A stretch of DNA of 64,000 bases from Macrostomum lignano (Eukaryota): positions 62,001-126,000 of the forward strand of contig NIVC01000194.1 in the NCBI GenBank assembly GCA_002269645.1, read 5' to 3'. Position 1 is the stretch's first letter, and every line of letters starts with the position of its first letter. Shown in pieces: positions 12,237 through 24,013 of the stretch. Both the position numbers and the translations under genes were made by a program. Below the pieces are notes generated by a model, which made no database searches, was not told where the DNA came from, and was given only the letters and a program-made list of their open reading frames with translations.

Positions 12237-13922
12237 GCGAGTTCATCGTCGGCCGGGTGATCCGCGCCATGCAGTCCTCCTGGCACCCGGACTGCTTCAC
12301 CTGCCAGCTGTGCGGCCTGGCCCTCACCGACGCATTCGTGAAGAACCTCGGCCGCGCCCTGTGCAAGGACTGCAACGCCAAGGAGCGGGTCCGGGGCGCC
12401 GCCCGCTTCCTCTGCAACCGCTGCCACGACATCATCGAGGCCGACCAGGTGCTCCGCTTCAAGGGCGACAACTACCACCCCTACCACTTCAACTGCACCG
12501 GCTGCCGCGCCGAGCTCACCGCCGAGGCCCGCGAGAAGGACGACCAGCTGTACTGCATCCGCTGCTTCGACAAGCTGGGCGTCCCCGTCTGCGCCCGCTG
12601 CCGCAGGCCGATTGAGGAGCGCGTGGTACACGCCATCAACAAGGCCTGGCACGTGGAGCACTTCGTGTGCGCCGTCTGCGAGAAGCCGTTCAACGGCACC
12701 CGCTTCTTTGAGCGGCGCGGACAGGTGAGAGGATGGAAAATCTCTCCTAATCCGATTGAAAATCTTCCCTAATCCGATTAAGACTCACCCCTAATCCGAT
12801 TTAAAAATCTCCCCTAATCCGACTGAGAATCGCCCCCCTAATCCGACTGAGAATCTCCCCTAATCCAAATGTTAATTGCCACTAATCCGACTGAGAATCT
12901 CCCCTAATCCGACCGAGAATCTCCCTTAATCCAAATAAGAATTGCCACTAAACCGACAGAGAATCGTCCCCTAATCCGACTTACAGTCCAAGTGATAATT
13001 CCCTTAACCTAATCGATAATCGCTCTCCAATCCGAATCCCGCGCTGCAGGCCTACTGCGAGACCCACTTCCAGCAGCTGTTCGGCCAGGCCTGCTTTGTC
13101 TGCAACGACACCATCAGCGACGAGTGCGTCCAGGCCTGCTGCAAGAGCTGGTGCTCCGCCCACTTCCAGTGCTCCGTCTGCGACAGGCAGATGAATCAAA
13201 AGTGAGTGTGCTGGGTCTGTGGATGCTGCTTGTGCCCCCCCGCCCCCTAACCCGCTGCTCACCCCGTTAGGGGTTGTAGCCTGGTGGTTAGAGCGTCGGA
13301 CTCACGATTTGAAGGTCGGGGGTTCGATTCCTTGAGCAAGACACTTAACTCGGCATTGCTTCAGTTCACCGGGGTAATTGAGGGTGTGTGTGTGTGTGTG
13401 CTGAAACCCCCCCTTCCCAGTCCTTGGACTGAACAGCCGTACGCAGCCTTCAGATGAGCTGTCGGTTGCACATCTGCCCACTAGGGCAGGTGTAATCAAT
13501 TAAGTATTATTATTATTATTATTATTATCGTTATTATTATCCCGTTAATAAACTTACTGAGACAAGAATCGCTAAAGAGACATGGCAAATTGGGACGCTT
13601 CTTGGCCTAGGCCTGGATCCCCCACTCTACCCCACATCTACAGGCAGCTATGGCTGTATTGCCACGCAGCTATTTTGATATTTCTGCAGCAAGGCGAAAA
13701 TTAAACTGCAGGCAAAAGAAGCAGACCAGAAATGCAAAACACTGGCTGCACGGCAGGAAGCTGCCATCCCTCACTCATGTACAGTTTTGCACTCACCGCC
13801 CCCGCCGCCGCAGGACGAAGTTCTACGAGTACGACCTGAAGCCGGTCTGCAAGCCGTGCTATGAGAAATTTCCAACCGAACTGCGCAAACGGCTGGCCAA
13901 AATCCACAAGCTGGCTCGCTAA
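12237..13922 (+). CDS. LIMS1: PINCH / LIMS / UNC-97 five-LIM-domain adaptor, 3' part (LIM2-LIM5 and C-terminus); 5' exon(s) lie left of the window
   Basis: Exons 12237-12724, 13050-13201 and 13814-13922 have GT-AG introns with consistent phases (1/0/2). Translation [21 protein letters not shown]...HPYHFNC...[17 protein letters not shown]...[12 protein letters not shown]...[26 protein letters not shown] matches the PINCH sequence I recall (GEFIIGRVIKAM...KPVCKKCYEKFPLELKKRL). Confidence 0.95.
12738..13035. repeat. degenerate ~24-bp intronic minisatellite with core CCCCTAATCCGA
   Basis: About 12 recurrences of (C)TAATCC(GA) followed by TGAGAATCT-like spacers, filling the PINCH intron 12725-13049. 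Confidence 0.8.
13270..13540 (+). mobile_element. tRNA-derived SINE (copy 1) with 7-bp TSD and (ATT)n tail
   Basis: tRNA-like head GGGGTTGTAGCCTGGTGGTTAGAGC...CTCACGA...GGTTCGATTCC with A box, B box and CAC anticodon-like loop. Body CCTTGAGCAAGACACTTAA is MIR/CORE-like. The (ATT)n tail runs to 13540. TSD CCCGTTA lies at 13263-13269 and 13541-13547. Confidence 0.9.
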
Positions 13923-15715
13923 GAGGAGGCTGGGCTCAAGCCTTGCTTCATCAGGACTTATCGCTGGCTTGGGGCTTGCATGCTCAAATTTATTTCATAT
14001 AAATTTTTTGGCTTGCTAATCTGGATTATATCGTATATCCGAACTAGCTGACTCACATGCCATATACTACTGACTATTATGCTTATGCAGTACTATACAA
14101 TGAAAATTAACACTTTGCTATATTATAATCTGCATGCCAGCCGATTAACATGGCAGATCTTAGTGCAATAACTTAGCCCTAGCAACCAATTTTATCTGCT
14201 TCCTGGCCTTGTTTTTTATTACACATATGTTACGTTATAATCATCTATTTCGGAACTTCAGAGAGGCTGCTGGATCCCGCTTCATCAGCTGATATTATTT
14301 GCTGTGTAATCTTTTAATCTTGCTATTTATCACAGAGTATTCAAACTGTTTACGCACATTAAACAGATCAATCGATAGTACGGGCGTACATTTGCTATTT
14401 TACCTTGTTAACACCTGGTCTGTTCTGCTTTAACAATAAATGAATTATATTATACTGATATTATACTGCTCTGCTGCCGCTTGTCGGATTTGTGATCAGG
14501 AGATTCGCGCACAAATCATTGAATTTATTAAGATTGATTAATTCGTCAAATACATTGCAAAACTAACGCCTTTGCTGTGCTTCACTCACTGTTAGCCGCC
14601 ATGCAGCACCAGATCTGTGCAGAATGCAATTCACGGATTCAGTTCCTTCTGTGTTCATTCAGATGATCAAAATAGATGCAATCTTGCCTATTGTCTACTG
14701 ATGAGTAGGCTGTTGAGGTTTGGTTTAAAAGGGATAATTTAATTCAAAAGTCAACGACACAGTCTTGCTATTTAGCAATAGAGAAGAATGCGAGGGTCGA
14801 AATCCAGTTGATAAATTTTCGGATCTTCTGCGCACTATATATTAATAGCATGGACAGCAGGAGCCAGTGACTTTGGGCTTTAGTTGTCCATGAATAGTAA
14901 AATAATTATACTTGTAGAGCGCTATAATTTGAATAAGCAATTTTTATAGTCCTTTTTTACACGTTTAATAACAACACAAATTCGCATTCTACACTACTCA
15001 CAACGGCCCGGAGGAAACTAAGTAGTAGAATAAGCATATTGTTGACTACAAGCTACTGGCATCTCGGCGGATAAAAGAGAGGGTTAAGAGAGAGTTTTAT
15101 TTGAACTTTACAATTAAACGATTAAGCAGGATTTGTTGCGGATCGGAAACATGCTGCTAAACGAATACATATGGTACGGCAGCTGCGATGTACACTGTAG
15201 AATGTGTTATAGGTGCAGTATTTGTTATTTATGGTTAGTATGAATGTTGAAAACATGAACAGTTGCGAATCCCCAAAATTATCGCCCAACAACTAGTTCC
15301 ACGGAATAAGGAGGGCAGAGGGACTGCTCTCGGCCCCAGGTATTGAGAGAAGGCTGTACAGCGTCTCCTGGCATTTGAGATCATGCTCAACTGCAATAGG
15401 GATTATTCTTGCAGGGGAGATTAAGGGCGTCAGCTGTCCCACTGAAATCGGTTATGTAAAACTTTGTTTTTGCAGTATAGTAGCTACTAGAGGAAAGATG
15501 GTCGCCACGATTAGTTTCTGTCAGATGCTCATTGAGTCTATGTGCTCATGACTTGAGCAGCTCAACAATCAATTTTAGATTCATATCTTCTTGTCGAATA
15601 ACATCTGATCGAGCAGCCTCGTAGACAACAGAAAAAGTTGATCAGAATTCAGTCAAAATTCTAATCCCCCTCTGAGCAGAAATAATTAATCTGCTCATCC
15701 GCCAGCAGAGGGGCT

Positions 15716-17695
15716 TCAAGCCGGAGACTCGTTGAGCTGCCCGGGCTGCGGCTTGTCCGCGAGCAGCCGCTGCACCTGGACGCCGCGGCCCGCGTCCTGC
15801 GACCGCCGCGCCAGCGTCATCCGCGAGGCCTCGGAGCCTTTGCCGCCGCTGCTGGAGGACTTCAGCGCCGAGGAGGTCATCTCAGACAGCCGGGCCCGGA
15901 CGCGGCGGTTGCCGGTGAAGCCGACGGCCAGCAGGAGGCCGTGCAGGCTGCACAGCAGCTCTGAGGCGAACCCGACGGTGCCGGGGTTGCGGCCGCGGTC
16001 CAGCAGAGTGGCCAGGAAGTACGGCAGCCAGGCGGCGCCCATGATCACGGACACCTTGGCGGTCATGGCGCAGAGCTTGGCGGCGGAGCTGCGGCCGGCC
16101 GAGCGAGTCTCCCGGTAAGTGCGCAGCAGCTGCAGGCCGAGCAGCAGCACGATGGCCAGGTTGAACAGCAGGGCGGCCAGCAGCGGCCCGAAGCTGAGGC
16201 CCAGCATGAAGGCCACGCGGTCGGGGCGGTAGCGGCAGCCGGAGTCCAGCAGGCCGATGCCGAGGTGGAGGCCGAGCAGCAGGCCGGTGAGCAGCAGCGG
16301 CAGCCCCCAGCCCACCAGGGCGAAGCGGCCGTAGCGGCTCGGCTTGAAGGCGGAGTTGCGCAGCAGGGAGGCGAAGGTGCGCAGGAGGTCCCAGCCGAAC
16401 AGGAAGGCCCACACGAAGGCGGCCGCCATGCAGAAGTAAAAGAAGAAGTGCAGCGCGATGCAGCCGCCGCCGAGCTGCTGGCCGGCGCACAGGCTGAGCA
16501 GCTGGGCCGCCTGCAGCGCCAGGACGGAGGCTGCGTGCGACATCAGCAGCTGGCCGGCCCGGTTGCGCAGGTGCGGCAGCAAGGCGTACACGGCGAGCAG
16601 CAGCGTCAGGGAGGCGATGGACACGGCGTAGGAGACGACCAGCACGAGCCGCTGCACCCAGCCGGATTCCTCGTCGGCGGCCGTATCGGTGGCGGCTCCG
16701 CCAGTCGTCGCAGCGGAAGTCGCGTTGTCGCTGACATTCCCCTCGAAGAAGCCGTCCGCCACCCACTGCGTGTCGAACGTCTGGACGTCGCCGCTGGACA
16801 CCGGCTCTCGCAGCGGAATCCAGAAGTTCACCACGTTGCTGAGCACGCCGCCGCCTCCGCCGCCCCCGAAGCCGAAGCTGCCGAAGGCTCCGAAGCCGAA
16901 CTCCGGGCAGACGCCGAAGCAGTCCCGACAGGCCTGGTTGCGGAACACGCCGCCGCAGGCGGAGTAGTTCATGGCCACCAGGCCGCCGTCCTCGCATAGC
17001 TGGCGCTGCTCGGTGGTGGCCGACAAATTGACGCAGTGCTGGACGAGGCCGGGGCCGTAGCAGCGGTGCAGCGGCCGGCCGGGGAAGCGGGTGGCCACCA
17101 GGCAGCCAGGCGGCAGGTCCCGCCCGCTGGCGAGCTCCTGGCGCAGGAACTGCTCGATCTGCTCCTTGCTGAGGTTGGCGGCGGTCTTCGGGCTGCCCGG
17201 AGCGCACAGGACAGACACCTGCGGCCACAGCAGCCGGCGCCGGCCGTTGCAGCGAGCGCAGTGGGCGCTGCGGAATAGCAGGCCGTCAGGCGACATCGCC
17301 GGCAGGTGGCGCGGGTCGAAGAGGCTGCGCGGCTCGGCCTGCTGGCTGTAGCAGAGCCGGACATCCGGGTCGCCGGGCGGAGCGCTGGGCGGGCAGCTCT
17401 GCACTAGGCTGACGAAGGCGCCGTCCTCGCCGGCTCCGTCGTTGAACAGCACGCCGAGGCTGCTGGCCGGGGCGCATTCGAGCTGCCGGAGGGCGACGCC
17501 GCTGCGGTTGGCCACAGCGTGGCAGCAGTCGCCGTAGAGGCGGCAGGCGGCGGCCTCCGGGTAGCAGGGCGGCTCGCTGCTGTTGCCAAGGAGACTGGAG
17601 GCCTCGGCGATGTCCGAGGAGGCGTCGCTGCCAGCTGCGGCGGCGGCGGCGGCAGCGACGCAGGCGCAGATGATGAAGACGAGATTCTGCGGCAT
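15716..17695 (-). CDS. intronless class-B (Methuselah/adhesion-like) 7TM GPCR with Cys-rich ectodomain, 659 aa
   Basis: ATG at 17695 gives the signal-peptide-like MPQNLVFIICACVAAAAAA. The ectodomain has a somatomedin-B-like CRLYGDCC and two FRxxxCxxCxG motifs (FRSAHCARCNG, FRNQACRDCFG). Seven hydrophobic segments follow, from LVVSYAVSIASLTLLLAVYALLPHLRNRAGQLL to LLCSLHGLLLAVGF. Codons are strongly G/C-ending. Confidence 0.82.
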   Translation of the reverse strand: MPQNLVFIICACVAAAAAAAAGSDASSDIAEASSLLGNSSEPPCYPEAAACRLYGDCCHAVANRSGVALRQLECAPASSLGVLFNDGAGEDGAFVSLVQSCPPSAPPGDPDVRLCYSQQAEPRSLFDPRHLPAMSPDGLLFRSAHCARCNGRRRLLWPQVSVLCAPGSPKTAANLSKEQIEQFLRQELASGRDLPPGCLVATRFPGRPLHRCYGPGLVQHCVNLSATTEQRQLCEDGGLVAMNYSACGGVFRNQACRDCFGVCPEFGFGAFGSFGFGGGGGGGVLSNVVNFWIPLREPVSSGDVQTFDTQWVADGFFEGNVSDNATSAATTGGAATDTAADEESGWVQRLVLVVSYAVSIASLTLLLAVYALLPHLRNRAGQLLMSHAASVLALQAAQLLSLCAGQQLGGGCIALHFFFYFCMAAAFVWAFLFGWDLLRTFASLLRNSAFKPSRYGRFALVGWGLPLLLTGLLLGLHLGIGLLDSGCRYRPDRVAFMLGLSFGPLLAALLFNLAIVLLLGLQLLRTYRETRSAGRSSAAKLCAMTAKVSVIMGAAWLPYFLATLLDRGRNPGTVGFASELLCSLHGLLLAVGFTGNRRVRARLSEMTSSALKSSSSGGKGSEASRMTLARRSQDAGRGVQVQRLLADKPQPGQLNESPA

Positions 17696-18697
17696 ATGTG
17701 CCAGCGAGCTGTGCAAGGCGGGGAGAGCGAGAATTCAATGCAGCCTTCGGAGTGCCAAAATATGCGATTTCTATACTGCTCGCTCCAGTTGCTAGGGCAG
17801 CAGATGGGAGAGCTGGAAAGCGCTTGGTTGGCTTCCAGAAATTTTCCCCAAGAGGGCCAGTTTTTATCGGGAGCTGGCGGCCCCCGCCCCGGCCATCCAA
17901 CTTAAGCAAACACGGGCCAGTAGAGGCACTCAGAGCCAATATTGCTCTTCAATAAGCCGAGTCCATTACTTTGATTGAGACCGCCAATGCCTCTCTCTGT
18001 GATGGAGAAAGTGGGCAAGATGAAGCACTCATCCTCTCGGCGATTTTCCTTTCCAACTGAAGGACGCCATCGAGTTGCTGGGGCGCGGGTAGTGCGGCAG
18101 GATGAAATGGCGTTTCCCAGAATCCCGGAGCTGCTGGAGTGCGCGGGCCCGCCAGTCAGACAGATTGCGGATTAATCAGCATCGCTTGAGCCCCGCTGAT
18201 ACTCCCCTTTCCGATCTGATTGCTTTATCATCTTCCAGACGGCCGGATGGCAATGATGAAGCCTTGTAGGAAACTGGGATTAGGATATCGTAAAAATGTT
18301 TTTTTCTGTTTGTCCAGCTGCCATTGGGTTCTGATAATGCCCTGATCGGCAGAAGGCCGAGTGGCTGATCACGGGTTGCTGGGGGGGGGGAGGCTGGGCC
18401 GCCTGCATTAATTGTTGACTCAATGCATAGGCCTGAGCTCATCGATCATGCACCTCAGAGCCTCTTTCTGTGCGCCCCCCGCCTTTAGCAAAGAAAATAT
18501 TTGAGAAGTGGGCGGAACAGGAGACTTCCATTTTTTGCGAGTAGGGATCTGTTCCCGTGTGGCGCTATTTGGATTGCAGCCATCAGACTCAGCATACAAG
18601 GGCCTAGAGATTCCATAGCAACGCCCTGGCAATTTAGCATGAAGAAAAGCCCTAGAAACAGCATTTCAAATTTTTCTAGAAAAAAAACAGCTCCTTG

Positions 18698-19103
18698 GAA
18701 ACACCATAGAAACACATAAAATACCATAGAAACACATAAAATACCATAGAAACACCATAGAAACACCATAGAAACACCATAGAAACACCATATAAACACA
18801 TACAAACACATAGAAACGCATACAAACACCATACAAACACCATAGAAGCACCATAGAAACACCATAGAAACACCATAGAAGCACCATCGAAGCACCATCG
18901 AAGCACCATAGAAACACATAGAAACACCATAGAAACACATAGAAACACATAGAAACACGTAAAAACACCATAGAAACACCATAGAAACACATAAAAACAC
19001 AAAGAAGCACCATAGAAACACCATAGAAACACCATAGAAACACATAGAAACACATAGAAGCACCATAGAAACACCATAGAAGCACCATAAAACACATAGA
19101 AAC
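18698..19103. repeat. 10-11-bp minisatellite (CACCATAGAAA)n
   Basis: Direct reading; variants CACATAGAAA and GCACCATAGAA. Confidence 0.9.
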
Positions 19104-19859
19104 AGCACAGCTACATGTGTACGCCATAGAAATAGCGTATTGATATTTAAAGTCTAGCATCACCATATAGAAACTGCGTAAAATGTCCTAGAAACAGACT
19201 AGCAAAAGCATACAAATACCGGAGCTACATCAGGGCAATAAAATTTGTAAACAGATCGATAAAGTTGGAGCCGCCGCGCACTTCCAGCAGCCCTCATTTC
19301 AGAAGCTGCAGAAGTTGCATTTCTATACAAAAGAAACAGGGAGGTCGCTGCTTCATCGCCAGCTGCACGCAGCCGCCACCCGATGACTGATGGCCGCAAT
19401 TCCCTCCCTCTACGATGGTCCATCATTTCCAGGGTGGAAGTGGAAAGCGTAACGGACCTGCATGGTTGCGGGTTGCCATGGCAGATGCGGCATGGATTCT
19501 GTAAAAAACGTACCCAGCACAGTTCGGAAAGTGCGCAACAAGACAGGCCAGCAGCCCCCTACTTGACCCGCGCGCGCCATCAGTTTTGAATGACAGGCCA
19601 CGCATTTCCGAAGCCGCTGCTGCCGCTATTAGCGCGACCGAGTGCGCATCTATAGCTCGTAGTTCTGGTCAGCGCAGAACTGCTACAAGAGTTCCAGGAG
19701 AGCACTGGAGCAGGAAGTCTGCGTCAAGCCCTGCGCATAAATTACAACCGCGTGTGGCCACTTCTCGCGTACCCGAGGCTCGAATCAGAGCTTTCTGAAG
19801 GGGGCTTTCATGCAGTCCGGCTCAAGTAGCTATCCAATATCCACACTGCAGACAGAGCC

Positions 19860-20924
19860 TCCTGCCCCCTCTCATTCTCCCCTGCCCTCCCCTCTCATTC
19901 TCCCCTGCTCTCCTCCTCTCATTCTCCCCTGCTCTCCTCCTCTCATTCTCCCCTGCTCTCCTCCTCTCATTCTCCCCTGCTCTCCTCCTCTCATTCTCCC
20001 CTGCCCTCCCCTCTCATTTCCCCTGCCCTCCCCTCTCATTCTCCCCTGCTCTCCTCCTCTCATTCTCCCCTGCTCTCCTCCTCTCATTCTCCCCTGCTCT
20101 CCTCCTCTCATTCTCCCCTGCCCTCCCCTCTCATTCTCCCCTGCCCTCCCCTCTCATTCTCCCCTGCCCTCCCCTCTCATTCTCCCCTGCCCTCCCCTCT
20201 CATACTCCCCTGCCCTCTCCCTCTCATTCTTCCCTGCCCTTTCCCTCTCATTCTTCCCTGCCCTCTCCCTCTCATTCTTCCCTGCCCTCCCCTCTCATTC
20301 TCCTCTGCTCTCCTCCTCTCATTATCCCCTGCCCTCTCCCTCTCATTCTTCCCTGCCCTCCCCTCTCATTCTTCCCCACCCTCCCGCTCATTCTTCCCTG
20401 CTCTCCCCTCTCATTCTTCCCCGCCCTCCCCTCATTCTTCCCCGCCCTCCCCTCTCATTCTTCCCCGCCCTCCCTTCATTCTTCCCCGCCCTCCCTCTCA
20501 TTCTTCCCCGCCCTCCCCTCATTCTTCCCCGCCCTCCCCTCTCATTCTTCCCCACCCTCCCCTCTCATTCTTCCCCACCCTCCCTCTCATTCTTCCCCAC
20601 CCTCCCCTCTCTTCTTCCCCACCCTCCCCTCTCATTCTCCCTGCCCTCCCCTTTCATTCTCCCCTGCCCTCCCCTCTCATTCTTCCCTGCCCTCCCCTCT
20701 CATTCTCCCCGCCCTCCCCTCTCATTCTCCCCTGCCCTCCCCTCTCATTCTTCGATCCCTGCCCTCCCCTCTCATTCTCCCCTGCCCTCCCCTCTCATTC
20801 TTCGATCCCTGACCTCCCCTCTCATTTTCCCCTGCCTTCCCCTCTCATTCTTCCCCACCCTCCTCTCTCTTCTTCCCCGCCCTCCCCTCTCATTCTTCCC
20901 CGCCTTCGCTCTCATTCTCCCCTG
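19860..20924. repeat. ~23-bp polypyrimidine/polypurine minisatellite
   Basis: Unit like CTCATTCTCCCCTGCCCTCCCCT; about 1 kb that is almost entirely C/T on the + strand. Confidence 0.9.
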
Positions 20925-21883
20925 CAGTGCGAATCGTGCGATATACAGACTTACCTTAGGCGGAACTGCAGAGTCAAGCGGGAATCTGCCTCAGCTTTCA
21001 AAGCTTCAGTTTTGCACGGGGGATCAATTTAGCGGCAGACCGGGCACTAAAGTAGAAAAATCAGGTAAAGTGAATTGTCTCTATCAGTGCAATAAAAATT
21101 TACAATCGCCTGTTCTGCTTGCAACGCATGGCCGCAACTCCAATTCGACTTAGAGAGGCTTGCCCTGCCATATACATAAGGACCTGCAGGCCAATGGGCG
21201 GCCGTTGCCATCCATGCAGCAGCAAGTTGCCCCCACAGTAACAGCAGAAAATGTCGCGAAATAAACAGAGCCCGTGTTTTCGCCCGCTGGCTGCGCGTTG
21301 CCGACCAGCGATGGGGCTGGGGAAGCTGGAGTGAAGGGCTGGGTAAGAGAAAGTTTATGCGCTGCGGGGGGGGTGCCCGGGGAAAACCACGATGGCAGCG
21401 CAGATGCGATCGCAGGCAGGGCGCAACTTCCCAAATAAAATCTCGGGACCCTCGCAAAGCGCTGGCGACTGGCGAGGCACAGCCGCGATGTGGCCCATGG
21501 CCCGGCCAAATAAGGAATTCCCGGAATCCCACAGCTGTCAAAGCCTAAACTGCAGCAGGTTGCAGCTAAACTGACAGCAATTCCCGCGAGGCCTTTGAAG
21601 TTGCACTTCTGTGCATGAAGTTCCCAATTGACTCAGGATCTCTGCGATTTGTTTTGGGACGAGTCAGGGGCATTCTTGTGATGGGTCAGCGATGATGTGT
21701 GACATACATGTAGTGACACCATGAACTTTGTGATAGTTTGCGTGCACTGAGTTGCTGACTCACTAGCATTGGCGATTGTTATTGACCAGCTTAGTGATTT
21801 GAATCAGCCAAGCTCTCAAGCGGGCACTTTCTTTCTCACTCCTAGAGTTCAACACTACTGCCTCAGTCATTAAAGTTAGCACA

Positions 21884-24013
21884 ATATGCAGGGTGGGACA
21901 GGGATGATATGCAGGGTGGATCAGGGATGATATGCAGGGTGGGTCATGGATTATATGCAGGGTGGGTCAGGGATGATATGCAGGGTGGGTCAGGGATGAT
22001 ATGCAGGATGGGTCAGGGATTATATGCAGGGTGGGTCAGGGATGATATGCAGGGTGGGACAGGGATGATATGCAGGGTGGGTCAGGGATGATATGCAGGG
22101 TGGGTCAGGGATTATATGCAGGGTGGGACAGGGATGATATGCAGGGTGGGTCAGGGATGATATGCAGGGTGGGTCAGGGATTATATCCAGGGTGGGACAG
22201 GGATTATATGCAGTATGGGTCAGGGATTATATGCAGGGTGGGTCAGGGATGATATGCAGGGTGGGTCAGGGATTATATGCAGGGTGGAACAGGGATGATA
22301 TGCAGGGTGGGTCATGGATTATATGCAGGATGGGTCAGGGATGATATGCAGGATTGGTCAGGGATTATATGCAGGGTGGGTCAGGGATGATATGCAGGGT
22401 GGGTCAGGGATGATATGCAGGGTGGGTCAGGGATGATATGCAGGGTGGGTCAGGGATTATATGCAGGGTGGGACAGGGATTATATGCAGGGTGGGTCATG
22501 GATTATATGCAGTATGGGTCAGGGATTATATGAAGGGTGGGTCAGGGATTATATGCAAGATGGGTCAGGGATGATATGAAGGGTGGGTCATGGATTATAT
22601 GCAGGGTGGGTCAGGGATGATATGCAGGGTGGGTCAGGGATGATATGCAGGGTGGGTCAGGGATTATATGCAGTATGGGTCATGGATTATATGCAGGGTG
22701 GTCAGGGATTATATGCAGGGTGGGACAGGGATTATATGCAGGGTGGGTCATGGATTATATGCAGTATGGGTCAGGGATTATATGAAGGGTGGGTCAGGGA
22801 TTATATGCAAGATGGGTCAGGGATGATATGAAGGGTGGGTCATGGATTATATGCAGGGTGGGTCAGGGATGATATGCAGGGTGGGTCATGGATTATATGC
22901 AGGGTGGGTCAGGGATGATATGAAGGGTGGGTCATGGATTATATGCAGGGTGGGTCAGGGATGATATGCAGGGTGGGTCAGGGATGATATGCAGGGTGGG
23001 TCATGGATTATATGCAGGGTGGGTCAGGGATGATATGCAGGGTGGGTCAGGGATGATATGCAGGATGGGTCAGGGATGATATGCAGGGTGGGACAGGGAT
23101 GATATGCAGGGTGGGTCAGGGATGATATGCAGGGTGGGTCAGGGATTATATGCAGGGTGGGACAGGGATGATATGCAGGGTGGGTCAGGGATGATATGCA
23201 GGGTGGGTCAGGGATTATATCCAGGGTGGGACAGGGATTATATGCAGTATGGGTCAGGGATTATATGCAGGGTGGGTCAGGGATGATATGCAGGGTGGGT
23301 CAGGGATTATATGCAGGGTGGAACAGGGATGATATGCAGGGTGGGTCATGGATTATATGCAGGATGGGTCAGGGATGATATGCAGGATTGGTCAGGGATT
23401 ATATGCAGGGTGGGTCAGGGATGATATGCAGGGTGGGTCAGGGATGATATGCAGGGTGGGTCAGGGATGATATGCAGGGTGGGTCAGGGATTATATGCAG
23501 GGTGGGACAGGGATTATATGCAGGGTGGGTCATGGATTATATGCAGTATGGGTCATGGATTATATGCAGGGTGGGTCAGGGATTATATGCAGGGTGGGAC
23601 AGGGATTATATGCAGGGTGGGTCATGGATTATATGCAGTATGGGTCAGGGATTATATGAAGGGTGGGTCAGGGATTATATGCAAGATGGGTCAGGGATGA
23701 TATGAAGGGTGGGTCATGGATTATATGCAGGGTGGGTCAGGGATGATATGCAGGGTGGGTCAGGGATGATATGCAGGATGGGTCAGGGATGATATGCAGG
23801 ATGGGTCAGGTATGATATGAAATGTGGGTCAGGGATTATATGAAGGGTGGGTCAGGGATTATATGCAGGGTGGGTCAGGGATGATATGAAATGTGGGTCA
23901 GGGATGATATGCAGGATGGGTCAGGGATGATATGCAGGATGGGTCAGGTATGATATGAAATGTGGGTCAGGGATTATATGAAGGGTGGGTCAGGGATTAT
24001 ATGCAGGGTGGGT
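21884..24013. repeat. 23-bp G-rich minisatellite with an internal ~1034-bp higher-order duplication
   Basis: Unit GATGATATGCAGGGTGGGTCAGG. Identical variant strings recur at an offset of 1034 (ORF-track peptides at 22070/23104 and 22162/23196 are identical). Confidence 0.92.

Noticed and set aside
13270-13345. Functional tRNA-Val(CAC) gene
   Set aside because: The 3' acceptor stem is missing. The head continues into a SINE body with a tail and TSD, and a second dispersed copy exists.
14690-14770. Hammerhead ribozyme core (CTGATGA at about 14697)
   Set aside because: I found no appropriately placed GAAA or supporting stems nearby.
15732-17939. Overlapping alternative-frame and antisense ORFs around the GPCR (e.g. 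15882-17228, 16265-16999)
   Set aside because: These are shadow ORFs expected from extreme GC3 bias; they are low-complexity Arg/Ala/Pro-rich with no domain pattern.
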